Below are positions 1-11,241 of a stretch of 64,000 nucleotides of DNA, piece by piece. The first letter of the stretch is position 1; each line of letters starts with the position of its first letter. The notes under the pieces were generated by a model. The model was not told where the DNA came from. It saw only the letters and a list, made by a program, of their open reading frames with translations, and ran no database searches. The position numbers and the translations under genes are program-made. This DNA is from Antedon mediterranea (taxonomy: Eukaryota; Animalia; Echinodermata). The stretch is taken from contig NC_092671.1 of NCBI RefSeq assembly GCF_964355755.1, positions 25,370,070 to 25,434,069 of the forward strand, in the 5' to 3' direction.

Positions 1-338
1 TGGTGTTTCCAACTGTCACATGTTGGTCACAAGTTGTAACTTCTTGCAACTATTGTGTTGTTCTTTTTAATGAAATAAAGTGAATAATAGTTATTCAGAG
101 TCTAGGAAATGACCAAAGTATTACTTATTTCATCACATGATTGACAAGATATCATAGCATCACCTTACTAACACCACTACCAGGGTTTTAACCATTAGGG
201 GTACATTTTGTAGCCAGATGAAAAACTATATATTGAAATTAAAAAATAAAGTGAATACAATCTTGTAATTTCAATAATTGAAATTATAATCAAAATAATG
301 CAATGTCATTCAGGTTGCCATGATATATATTCTGATAT

Positions 339-3300
339 TTAATCTTCCTCTTCTAATGTCTTCTTTTTCTTTTTCTTCTTTTTCTTTTCAGTGCTGACCT
401 GAAGTATAAAAATGATGAAACATGGTCAACACAAAATCAAGTTTTTTTGTAATATTACAAATCAGTTTTACTATAACTACAAATTTCATTATAATTTATT
501 AGTATAATACACTCAATCAAGCTAAAAATAATCCATGTCATATCCAGATATATTTTCTTTTTACAACTTTATTTAATACAATACACTATGTGAAAATAAC
601 TTTTGCTATTCAAAGTTTGACTCCTGTAATTGTAAAAGTTACCTATCATATCCTGTTTAATAAACAAACAAGATCAACATTTTCAAATTGTTTGTTTTGT
701 ATGTAAATGTTAGTAAGCAAATAGCTGTAACCAACCTGTTTTCGTGGTAAGGTAAAGTAATTCCAAAATAATTAATAAATGAATTAAAAGTACGCTTATT
801 AAAATTGATAAGAAAAATAATGCTAAAAAAAGGAGGAATGGCATTTGGACTCCATCATTCTCAAGTTTACTTGAAGATTCAAGCAATTCAATGAGACAAA
901 CACAAATTAAAGGTCAAAGTTTAAAATGACAATAGGTCAATTATCACCTGCAATGCTAAACAAAGAGCTTAGATTTTGCAGGTTGTAGATAAGGCATTTC
1001 CTGAGTTACGCTAAAATAAGAATAAAACCTATTCTGATTAACATTATGGTCTTAAATGTTGCCCTAACAACATTATTGAATGTCCGAAAGTATTCTTAAT
1101 AATGACTGCTGCTGCCAAAAAAGAATGTAACTTACTGGGGCTGGTTCTTCTTCCTCTTCCTCCTCCTCCTCCTCTTTTGCAGCTTTCTTTTTCTTTTTCT
1201 TCTTTGGCGTCTCTTCTGAAAACACATGTTAATGCAATCGGATTAAAACACCGAAATAAATACAGGATCCACAAATTAATTCCCAATAAATTAAGAAAAG
1301 AGTAACTTGAAATTAAGACACGGAATACACTGAGATTATGCCAAATTGATTTTGGTGACAATTATTGGGACAATAATTGTATTGCCCTGGCAAACCAGAG
1401 AGGTGAAGCGGTAACTACTTTTAAATTATTTTAAGTTACCTTCAACTTCTTCCTTCACTTTCTTTTTTTTCTTTGTGCTTCCTTCTTCACTGGAACCATT
1501 TTCAAGTTTCACTTTCACACGTTTCGTACCACCATCTTCTTCATCATCAACCTCTTCAATTTTACGTTTCTTGGTCGCACTGGATGGCAAGGTTGAGTCA
1601 AGAGCGGGGTTGTACGTCTTCACTTCGCTTCTGTTTTCGTATTTGTCAAACTTTGCTTTAGCTTTTCCGGTTCCACTTATTCTCCTCATCTGAAATTATA
1701 AATAGAGACTGGTATTAAAAAATTCATCAAATATATTTAATTTTACTACCATTTAATGAGTGGCCGAGTGGTTAAGACAGTGGAACCGTAATCTATTGTC
1801 TTATGGAAAGGGTTCAAGACTCACTAGCTCCAAAGTTCTAGTAGTAATGAGTATTCTCGGTAAGGACTATGAACCGTAGGTCAAGTGTTCTAAAAAATGC
1901 TTGGGTACACTTTAACGAACACCTAGTACATCTTTCAAGACGAGTAGGGGGTTAGTACTAGGTCACACAAAAATTTATTGAGAGGGTCAACATACGTTGC
2001 CATCCTCTAACTCCCGCATTCTGCTTTCCAACTTGGCTCGACAATTAATACCGATCTCTGTGGACGTTTCATCTGAAAGGGCATCAACACGAATTGCCAA
2101 GGATGCCTTCGCTGCCAACATTCTGGACATCTGTAAAAAAAAAAATTTGTTGTATTTTACCATTATCAATTTTGTGCTCAACACTGTCCATACAAAAACA
2201 AAACTGACTGATGTAAACCTTGTGTGCTCACATTTATCCATACATGTTCTGTTTAAACATCAGTTTGTTTCTAACCTGGGTATGTGCCAGCATGTCATGA
2301 AATAAGACAGCCGACGACCGTAAGGTTAGAAATAGTTTAATATAGCCTGTATAAACCACCTCAAGATACGGATATTCTTCAGGGGTGGGTGTTGTCAGGC
2401 ATAAAAAGTTAAAAACTTCTTTACAATTCTTATTATTGGTTCTTATATAGTGCTTAATGCTAAGCACTGCCACATTATTACCTTAGTCATTTTTTATATG
2501 TGCAGAAACATACTACACATGTATATTGTGCAGCTAGTAATCAGCGCTGTTTGTGGTTTGATCTTACCAAGTACCCATTTGTACAACTTGGTGGCTGGAG
2601 AGAGGCAAACACGAAAGGACACAAGCAATGCAACAAGCATTGGATTTTAACCGATCAATCCAAATGCACCTCATGCTCTTAAGACCAATTTACAGACAAG
2701 TGGCAACGGTAGGCGGAAAATCTGTATAAAATCCTCAGCAGAAACCACCTGTCCGCTCCAAGCTGTGTGTAAATGGTCAAAAGGAATAACAGATTCTATA
2801 TTTTAATTACTGTTACCTCTCGTCTGTTTACATTGGCTGTTATGCTATGTTTGTTGATCTATTCTATTATCTAAAGATTGTATTTCGTGAATAGATTTTT
2901 GGAGTTTGGATCATATTATAGTAGCTTTTTCTCGATACACATACCTTTCCTTTGTTTCTTTGATTTGATTGTCCTACCAACGATGCATGATAGATGAGAC
3001 CATATTTAGGCGTGTCTTTCTTTGTTTTGAGAGCTCTAAACAATGCCTTCTCAGCTCCAAGAATTTGTACCGTTGATGCTGGATGTTTAGCAAGATTCAT
3101 CAAGGAACCTAATTGACAAATAAATAATCTGATAATTTACATATGTAACAAATCTAGTAAAATGTGGATACGTTTCCGAAATTGACATTTTGTATCGTTG
3201 CACAAGTAGAGGGCCTCAACTTTTTTAGGCATTGTAAATTATTTAAACCTTATTTTTATGTATTTAGTTATGGAAGATCATCTGTTAGATCAGTAATGAT

Positions 3301-6300
3301 GTTCAGTATTTTCTATAGAATTTTATTTGATGATAAATGTTCTAACATTTAACAACAAATAAAAAAAACCTTTAAAAAGGTTTTTTTTTAGTTTATGGGA
3401 GATATCAAGTTTTAAATAAATTTAGTATTACATGCTTAAAAAGTGGCCACATCCAACTACTGGTGGTATGAGAGGTACCAAATGCATTATTAGAAAAATA
3501 ATTTGCTTACGAGAGGCACTCCGACAAGGTGGTTTAACCGTGGTCAGTTGACCTTGAGGTCAATAATAAAGTTTGACTTGACCAACTTACCTGCATGTGA
3601 AATAAGCCTTGCACCAACCAATTCACCAACCAGTGTAGTCAGATTTGGTGCGATGGCTGTCATACGATTCTTCAGGTAGTCATAAAGTTGTGCTCGATAT
3701 TCAGAGATTTCAATAATCTATAAAAAGAATAAAATAAATATTATTGATGTGGCATGTGGCATGCAAAATTGTTATATTTTCCGAAATATATAAAACATAA
3801 GTTAATGTGATTCTTTTGCAATTATTTTAGGCTCGGATCAAGCATGACTATAAAAACAAAGCATTTTATACATGCATGTTATTCATACAAGGCCAGCACA
3901 ACCGGTGTTTATGAGATTGAAAACAAGTTTGGTATGGTACCACTAAGATTATTTTCAACATACAAAAAGCAGTTGCTGATAACAATTCAAACAATATAAC
4001 TTACATTAGTATCGAGAGAAATATGTGGTTTAATAATAATACTGGTACAAAAACAAATTAGAACAACTAACCTGATCACATAGGTAAAGGATGTTTATAA
4101 TGTCATGCTCAGAGATCTCTGTACCCATTGATATCTCTGCTGCAGATTTAACCTGCTCTTCAACCTCTTCTGGTAAGATCTTTGAAAGGTCTGTGGTTGC
4201 AGTATTTGTACGATCACCTGGGAATGAAATAAATATATTTGTTTATTTGTAACCATTCATTGCCTTCCTTATTTAAAGTAAAATATGTATTAGTTCACTG
4301 CTTGGCAACAAAGGTTGATGGGAAGTAAACTGAGGAATTTTAAAAAGGGATTTTTTTGCATGATTTAAAATGAATCTATCTCAGTGGTAGTGACGAATCT
4401 CTTTTTCTAACATCACATTTAAGTCAGTCGACAGAATATACATCATTGATAGATCATTATCAATCAACAAAAGCAATGTATTTATATATACATCATTGAT
4501 AGATCATTATCAATCAACAAAAGCAATGTATTTATTAAGCAAAAGCAGCATTTTACTTATTTACTATTCCATAAGGATAATTTTTATTTTACATCCTTCT
4601 AAAAAATATACATTGGAAAAGAGAATACTACTTTCACTTTTGTATGATCAACTACTAACGCATAGCATGTTGTAGATAACCCTGTTTTTCCACAATATAG
4701 AAAAGAATTGGTAAATGCACTTATATTTCATTTGTTTAAAAAGGTAAAGGTAATCATTGTCATAACCCAACAGAGTGTATTATTTTATTAAATATGCTAA
4801 GCCTTAGGCCTTATTATCCTGGCCTAGAATTTTGTTGTTTTAGCCTAGAAAACATTGATTGAAATGGTTGTCGTGGTAGACAAAAGACATGCCGGCATTG
4901 TTTGAATGCCTACGCTAACTTTGAGAGCTGCACTGCAACTCACATACATTGACGTACCTATTGTTTTGACAGTCTTTGAGTAAGCCAAGTTATCAGTGAC
5001 AATTTTTCCAAGTTCAGGAAAATGCCATCCATACCATTCTCGACAACGCATAATATAGTTGTTTAACTCTTTGTCTAGATCATCAAGTAACGCTAAAAGA
5101 TGAATATCAAATTAAGTCAAAACAAATGATAAATGGCATGTTATTTTATTTAATACATTAAAATTTGTACTGTACTAACAAGGAAGTCTTTTTTTCAACA
5201 TAAAAATGGTAATGAATAAAAACCTTACTCCATTTAATACTACTTTAATACCAAGACAAATTTTGTCCCAAGTTAGAGTAACTTTTAAATAGATAAAGAT
5301 TTGATACATTAATTCGAGGCAGCTTTAAGCTACAGTCATCCTGGATACAGAATGGTGGTGAAAAATACAGCTAGTTTTAATACTACTTAATCGTAAAGTC
5401 GCGTGGTACAGTGGCGAGTTTGACAGAACTCTGCTCAGGCTGCAAGATTATTGGAATATGTTTCATAAAAAATGAATGGGGTAATAATGTGAAACACTTA
5501 AAAAGCTTTGTATTTAAAAGCCCTATATAAAAACAACATATTGTTTACCCTAACTCATTCCAGATTCTATACAAAACACGGTGTGAATGGTAGAAACCAC
5601 CAGACCAAATCTAGGCTAATATGAACATAGCTTTACATTCTCATAACACCTTGTCGTTTCTGATTAATGTCATTCAAGAGATTTTTTATCCCAATGAAAT
5701 ATGATAATAATAATGATAGCTATCATTTAGGTTTATACACTTACAAATGGCTTGAACAATCATGGTATCTACTTTGTCAGGAGAGAACTTCAACTTGTAT
5801 CTGGATAGACTATTTGAAGAGAAAGAGGACATCATGAGAATGGCAGTGATGGATGAATAGGTCTTAATGAAGAAAGATCATTATTTAACCTTCAATCCAG
5901 TATTCTCATTTAAATCATCTGTCCCTAGTAGTTCCTTCAAACTTTGGACATTGGTTCCCACAAGAGGAGCTTTCGAATTAGCGATACAAGGAGGCAGAAG
6001 TCCAAGTATGTCAACTATACATGCAGTTGGATGTCTTCTGCATATTGAATATTACCCGTTTCAATATTACAGGACACGATTGTCTTTGCAACACGGTCAA
6101 AAGTGCCTACATAAACTGCCTCCAGGCAATGCCAAATCCTGGAAGTTTAGTTTTATTCGTATGCATGCTGTAAATTGGATGCAAAGTTTTAAAAGATCGC
6201 TAAGTGTAGTACGCGATCAAAAGCTTTATTTTTAATGCCTGTCACAAAAGCAATAAAATGTGGTGGGTATTCAGAAATTACTGTTGGTTTTAATATTTAG

Positions 6301-9300
6301 TGTACTGTAGTTCATTATTGATATATAGTTCTTTGAACAGAAGAAGGCCGAACTATGCAACTAAGAGGCCTTAGCCTAGCCATTGTTTAGATATAAATGG
6401 CTATATGTTTACTTACCTATGTGCTAACCCCAACGTCATAGCTGTTAATTCTTTCTCTGGTAGGCCCGTTACAAGGCCTTCAAATTGTGAGCGAATACCT
6501 CGCATTAGTTCCTGTATACTGTTATTGTAAACACAATTCAAATCAAATTTTTCCTGGTCATTGAAAGAAAAAATTACAAGTCATAGATAAACTAATGATA
6601 CATTTGTAGAGGAAATATAATAGCCTAAAATATGGGCCAAACAAATTGTTGCCAAAGCAGTGTCAACATAAATTGCTGAAAAACTACTACTAGGGTAAAA
6701 ATAGAGGGTACTATAGGAATTTCACTCGTGCATGCAATTTATATTGAAAGCCCTACAAACCCTTGCAGGGACCAAGTAATTGTGAGAAAATGTGGATTTA
6801 TCTCAGTGGTAGTGACGAATCTCTTTGTCTAACATCATAGCTAAAATCAGTCAACAGAATATACATCACTGATAAACCCTTACTAGAACTTGTATTCAAT
6901 CACATCACACAATAGAACAGTGTCTACATTCTATCTTAACTGCAATGGTAAATAATGGCTTATAAAAGGACACTAAAGTATCTTGGATATACACTGCAAA
7001 AAGCATGCACGTTCTGGCTAGATCTGGATGAAAATTGAAACTTATAATGGAAGTTTTTACACAACATTTACCTTTATTATATTGCCTAGTTTGGCATCAG
7101 CTACAGCCAGCTTATCAATGGCCTCTTTTGCTGCCATCTTTTTTAACATTTTCTTCAATCCTTTACCAAGTTTACCCTCAACAGCAGCCGTGGCAGCTAA
7201 AAATAGAAAAATAAAACCTGCATTCCACACATTTTCTCTTTCAATCTCATTATTTATCACTGTTCTTAGCATCCACCACTCGGAATTTCCGATCACCACT
7301 TTTATGATGCTGACCACCAACAATTTTTTTTCTCTAAAAAACCTATTTATGTTTTAGTTATGCACACAGTATAATTAAGACACTATGGGGTTGAATTACA
7401 ATTACAATAAGCATGCTAGCCACAAAATGATCAGACAAAGGTTTTAATTTGTATCTCCATTGTTAAGTTGGCCAGCCCTAGCTTAGCATTGTTTTCAAAA
7501 CTGTGAAGGCCAGGTACTACTCATGACATGCTGGTGAGAACCCAGATTAATTTATAGATTTGACAATTTTAGCATTTGAATTGAAAAAATTTGTGATCTA
7601 ATAATTTAGCTTCATGCATGTTTATTTCTGTAGACTGTTGGATTTGGGCTATTCCAAAAGACATTCATGGGGGCCCAGCTGAATATTTGTTTACTGTACC
7701 TGCCAATGCCTCTCGAGTGTCATCAAATTTCTGGAAATGTTTGAGTTTTACTCTAAAAAATTAGAAAAATACATTTATAATTATATACTGTAAAACTAAA
7801 TATTGAAAATATGAATTCAAACTGACAAAATGTGACAAGTAACAATTTATTACAAATATATTCCACATAGAGTAGAACCCGTTCTTCATGACCCCTCAAT
7901 TCAGGGATCCTTGGTAAAAGGGAAATTTTCAAGTAAAACGAACATGGAGAAAAACCTAACCCGTATTCATAGGATGAAGGGCACAATTAATTCGTTCTTA
8001 AATATAGGTTCTACTGTACATATTGATAGAAATCACGTTTATTAGTTTTCTTTTAACTCAAAGTAGATATTCAGAGTGGATAGTTTATAATCAATTGCGC
8101 ATCAGACGGCTTTTCCTATCAAGAAAATTGACTCATCATTTCAATCTACAACCAGAGTTACTTTAAAAAAAAATGCTTCACAGAAATGCATGATGGTAAA
8201 TCACTTACACTTGGTTTGCATCGTCAATTGTTTGAAAACTTTTGTACAGGTTATCTACTTCTTTTAACTTTTTTTCATCTAGAAGCTGAAAATAAAAATA
8301 ATATACTGTTGTATAAATTGAACACAAAATAACATAGCATAAAAGAGGAAGCATTGTCTTAGTCGCACAACCTTGGCAACAGTAGCTCATCATTAAAAAT
8401 ATTTCCACGGCAAGAGGATCGCGGTTATTCACTTAAAGAGTTGTTAGGTAACTTAAGCTCGGCATACAGTATTTGCCATCTAATTTTTCGACTGTGATTA
8501 CAACATCGTTTTATAATTTTTTATACTGTAGACACTAGATCTGCAATTGTTGACGTTTTGCAAAAATAATGCATATATATTTAAAATTTAAAAACATTAA
8601 CCCAGGTTATTTCTTGTCTTAAATGTGTGTTCTAAGGTTAATTATGATAAAAAGAAAACAATGCACTAAGTAGCTTACATCGAAAGTTCTATCGTAGACG
8701 TTTGTAGGCCTAGCTTAGTTGTGTGGCAGTAACATACAAACATCGTATGTATTTATTTTTACATAAAATATAATCCGTGACCTTAAATTAGGAAAAAAAA
8801 CTATAGGTCTAGTGTCTTTAACATTATTCTGTCAAGTTATTAATGTTACTTGTATTATATCAAGGTTTGGTTTATCAAATACAACAAAAATATCAAAACA
8901 TTGAATTGTGGAGTATCTCTATTAAAATTTCGCAAGAAAATGCTTGTGCAATTTCAAATTTCGTAAATCATACAGATGTCACTAGACCTCGACAAGGCAT
9001 TTTTAGAAAAATTTCTCAAGCCACCGTGGAGCCCTTTAAAAATGTTTTGTGGCCCAAATTTGGGCAATTGGCAAGTAAAGTCTGCCTATTCCATTGTACT
9101 CAATAAAGGAAATATGGCAAGTAAATGATTAATTTATGAATGAGTTTATTTAAATGATATCTGGGACATCACAAATTGATCAAATATCATGGTTTTGCTG
9201 CTTCTGTGGAAAATAAATAAAGTGTTAGCCCTACTCTAGAAATCATGACACCATCATACAAAAATATCAGCAAAAAATGAGTGATCAGAAATCAACTTGA

Positions 9301-9672
9301 ACAATCAATTACGCATCAGACGGCTTTTCCTATCAAGAAAATAAATTTCATCATTTCACTCAATAAAATCTTTCTAAATTTAGCCTTTTACTTGATGGCA
9401 TCCTATGATCATGGAGGTATAAAATAAATTTTATACCTCCATGCTATGATGGCCATCCTGCCCAACCACGTGCCTCATCCCAAACGGCAGCATGCCTCAT
9501 GCCTGGCATTGCCATTATGTTATTGTATGTTTTAGGCTAGCTAGGCCTGGCCCTTTTTAGTCTAATAATTATATTCAATCAAGCTGTTTAAACATAAAGT
9601 TATAATGTTTATATTTATTATATTTACCTTAAATACAGCGTATCCTGCCGGCGATTCGAATAACACCAACAT
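339..9672 (-). CDS. NOP58: Nucleolar protein 58 (box C/D snoRNP core protein), 14 coding exons, about 532 aa
   Basis: Exons in transcript order: 9628-9672, 8209-8285, 7700-7752, 7072-7196, 6417-6553, 5745-5809, 4958-5092, 4072-4217, 3591-3717, 2945-3108, 1996-2130, 1440-1689, 1136-1215, 339-398. All introns are GT-AG and the exons sum to 1599 nt in frame. Peptides: [92 protein letters not shown] (Nop domain), and a K/E-rich tail ending EED*. Confidence 0.97.
1758..1962 (+). mobile_element. tRNA-derived SINE in NOP58 intron 11
   Basis: A box TGGCCGAGTGG and B box GGTTCAAGAC, followed by a non-tRNA body (GGTAAGGACTATGAACCGTAGGTC...GAGTAGGGGG). No closed cloverleaf. Confidence 0.7.
2440..2680 (-). 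mobile_element. Degenerate SINE copy (same family as 35590-35898)
   Basis: Shares GCAGCTAGTAATCAGCGC, GTACCCATT, GAGAGAGGCAAAC and GCAATGC...TTGGATT with the 35.7 kb copy. Confidence 0.6.
2683..2779. repeat. Short inverted-repeat element (MITE-like)
   Basis: Imperfect terminal inverted repeat GACCAATTTACAGACA ... TGTGTGTAAATGGTC. Confidence 0.45.
4374..4454 (-). ncRNA. SNORD70: Box C/D snoRNA, SNORD70-like (guide for the 18S rRNA Am512 equivalent), NOP58 intron 7
   Basis: Minus strand reads ATCTATC-A-ATGATGT(C)...CTGA(D')...GTGATGT(C')...ATTCGTCACTACCA-CTGA(D)-GATAGAT with a terminal stem. The guide TTCGTCACTACC is complementary to conserved 18S GGTAGTGACGAA, and the D+5 rule selects the A. 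It matches the recalled SNORD70 3' end. Confidence 0.9.
4436..4535. repeat. Exact 50-bp tandem duplication including the snoRNA C box
   Basis: ATATACATCATTGATAGATCATTATCAATCAACAAAAGCAATGTATTTAT occurs at 4436-4485 and again at 4486-4535. Confidence 0.9.
5827..5924 (-). ncRNA. K-turn (C/D-like) capped long hairpin abutting the 3' splice site of NOP58 intron 5; cis-regulatory element or orphan snoRNA
   Basis: RNA reads GGACA-GAU-GAUU ... AUGA-UGUCC: a 5-bp stem, a 3-nt bulge, then G.A, A.G, U.U and U-A pairs. Interior pairings are AUGAGAAU/AUUCUCAU, UGGA/UCCA, UGAA/UUCA, AGGU/ACCU and UAAUGA/UCAUUA. It ends 15 nt before the acceptor AG. Confidence 0.6.
6797..6876 (-). ncRNA. SNORD70: Box C/D snoRNA, SNORD70-like paralog, NOP58 intron 4
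   Basis: TTTATC-A-GTGATGT(C)...CTGA(D')...ATGATGT(C')...ATTCGTCACTACCA-CTGA(D)-GATAAA. Same 18S guide as 4374-4454, with its own terminal stem. Confidence 0.9.
8063..8149 (-). ncRNA. SNORD49: Box C/D snoRNA, SNORD49 (U49)-like (guide for the 28S Cm4456/Cm4426 equivalent), NOP58 intron 2
   Basis: GTAGAT stem, ATGATGA (C), TGATAGGAAAAGCCGT-CTGA (guide plus D'), CTGA (D), ATCTAC stem. The guide is complementary (14/15) to conserved 28S CGGCTCTTCCTATCA near the peptidyl-transferase centre. Confidence 0.85.
8545..8820 (+). mobile_element. Shorter diverged relative of the Kolobok-like element family (16322, 34098)
   Basis: Shares GACGTTTTG..AAAATAAT, CTTGTCTTAAATGT, ATTATGATAAAAAG and TTAAATTAG blocks. 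Ends AGACACTAGATCT ... AGGTCTAGTGTCT are inverted. Confidence 0.6.
9278..9362 (-). ncRNA. SNORD49: Box C/D snoRNA, SNORD49 (U49)-like paralog, NOP58 intron 1
   Basis: TGAGTGA stem, ATGATGA (C), TTCTTGATAGGAAAAGCCGT-CTGA (D'), CTGA (D), TCACTCA stem. Core nearly identical to 8063-8149. Confidence 0.85.
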
Positions 9673-9820
9673 CTTATATATTATATTTATTTTACCGTAT
9701 TTTAATAACAGTTGTTAGCCGCAACTCACTTCGACAACATCCAAGCGATGAAAGGGAATTGCGATTTGTGAACACGCGGTTTGTCGAAAAAACGCGACTC
9801 CACATGTTTATTCTATTCAC

Positions 9821-9830
9821 AGAGAAGAGC
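9821..9830 (-). promoter_or_regulatory. Candidate TCT/5'TOP transcription start of NOP58
   Basis: Minus strand gCTCTTCTCTgtg lies about 155 nt upstream of the ATG in a CpG-richer patch. snoRNA host genes commonly start in pyrimidine tracts. Confidence 0.4.
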
Positions 9831-10151
9831 GCATGTGCAAAACGACTTGTGGTTACTAAGCGTCTGTAGAAAAAGTCTATCATCAAATTACTTACTCCTC
9901 TCTCTCAAGAGGGCTAGGCCTAGTTGTAAACTTTTCAATCTTTTCCAGAGGGAGAGAGAGGAGAGAGAGGCAAGTTGAAACTTCAATTTGAATATATCAT
10001 CCACTTTATCGTAATTTAAAAAATAAGGCAGGCCTAGGCTAAAGCTGTTCGGAGATACCGCCTATCTAACCTATCTAGCCTACGCTGTCTAGCTAGGTAG
10101 TAGTAGCCTAGCCTACTGGGCCTAGGCCTATAGATATAGGCCTACGAATTA

Positions 10152-11174
10152 CGATCATCTCGGTGGCGTTTCATTTCGGTCGCGTGTCAATTTTCAACAA
10201 TATCGATCGTGGTGTATGGCGCGTCAATTATGCATAAAGCATACGAAAATGGATGCTATTGTAGGATTGAGACTTAACTGTCCGATTTAACTCTCTTTCA
10301 GCACTAAACTTATTATGCTAATAATAAATAAAAGATTAAATAAATAGATAAATTAAATAACGTCTGTAGATGTAAATAGAGGTAAACATTGTTAATAAAT
10401 AAAATATTAAATACATAGGCCTAGATAAATTAAATAACGTTTGTAGATTTAAATAAAAAGGTTTTAATTTGAATGATGAATGTAAACATTTGTATATGCG
10501 TTTTTGTTTTAAAAATGAAAGGATTGAATTGAAAAACAGTGTGAAACGAGTTTGTTTTAAATTACATTAACGTATCTATGTTTTGTTTTTAAATATATGT
10601 AAATATTTGTGTATATGTTTTTGTTTTAAAAATAAAAAGATTGAATGATCATTGACAAAAGTGTAAAGTGAGTTTGTATGTTATTTTTCCCGTCAGAAAC
10701 AAATAGAATATTTACAAAATATATCAAAATATAATGCTTATAAAAACATTTAAAAAAAAGTTAAACTAATATTAATAACATACTGTTTTTAAAATATTTA
10801 TTTAAATATAATGATTATTATATAAAATCATTTTTAAATAAACACCCTAAAAATAATAGAGACTACACTTCGATCTTTAATTAGAGCTTACAGTGTACAG
10901 TACAGTCAACTCTCCCAATACCGGACACCTTTGGGCCAGCCAAATAAGTCTGGTTTTCCGGAAAGTCTGGTATTCGGAATGTGTTTTTAATGGTAAATAT
11001 AAATTTGGGACCTTTTGGTCCTCAAAAAAAGTCTGGTATTGGGAGAGTTTCTGGTTTTCAGAGAGTCCGGTATTGGGAGAGTTGACTGTACTGCATTGAG
11101 CGGCGTTCCATAGAAATCGCCGGAAGTTCGATTTACCGGAAGGGCGACCGAAATGAAACGCGACCGAGATGATC
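10152..11174. mobile_element. Non-autonomous DNA transposon with about 30-bp TIRs, containing a nested MITE
   Basis: GATCATCTCGGTGGCGTTTCATTTCGGTCGC ... GCGACCGAAATGAAACGCGACCGAGATGATC. No clear TSD. Confidence 0.75.
10903..11088. mobile_element. Tc1/mariner (pogo/Tigger-type) MITE
   Basis: TA|CAGTCAACTCTCCCAATACCGGAC ... GTCCGGTATTGGGAGAGTTGACTG|TA: perfect 24-bp TIR and TA TSD. Confidence 0.9.
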
Positions 11175-11241
11175 CGATACCAGGCCTACTAGCCTAGCTA
11201 GTAGTAGTAGTAGAGAGGCCTATTAAGTATTATAGGCCTAC

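Noticed and set aside
945-990. ACCTGCAA/TTGCAGGT hairpin in NOP58 intron 13 as an H/ACA snoRNA
   Set aside because: No convincing H box, second hairpin or ACA tail.
1044-1693. ORFs antisense or off-frame to NOP58 C-terminal exons
   Set aside because: They are shadows of the low-complexity K/E-coding exons.
1758-1835. tRNA gene
   Set aside because: A and B boxes are present but there is no cloverleaf, and the sequence continues into a SINE body.
5827-5924. SECIS element interpretation of the AUGA/GA hairpin
   Set aside because: It is intronic rather than in a 3'UTR, the upper helix is far too long, and NOP58 has no in-frame UGA.
8385-8395. Perfect C box ATGATGA on the minus strand in NOP58 intron 1
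   Set aside because: No downstream CTGA or terminal stem before the acceptor, so it was not called as a snoRNA.
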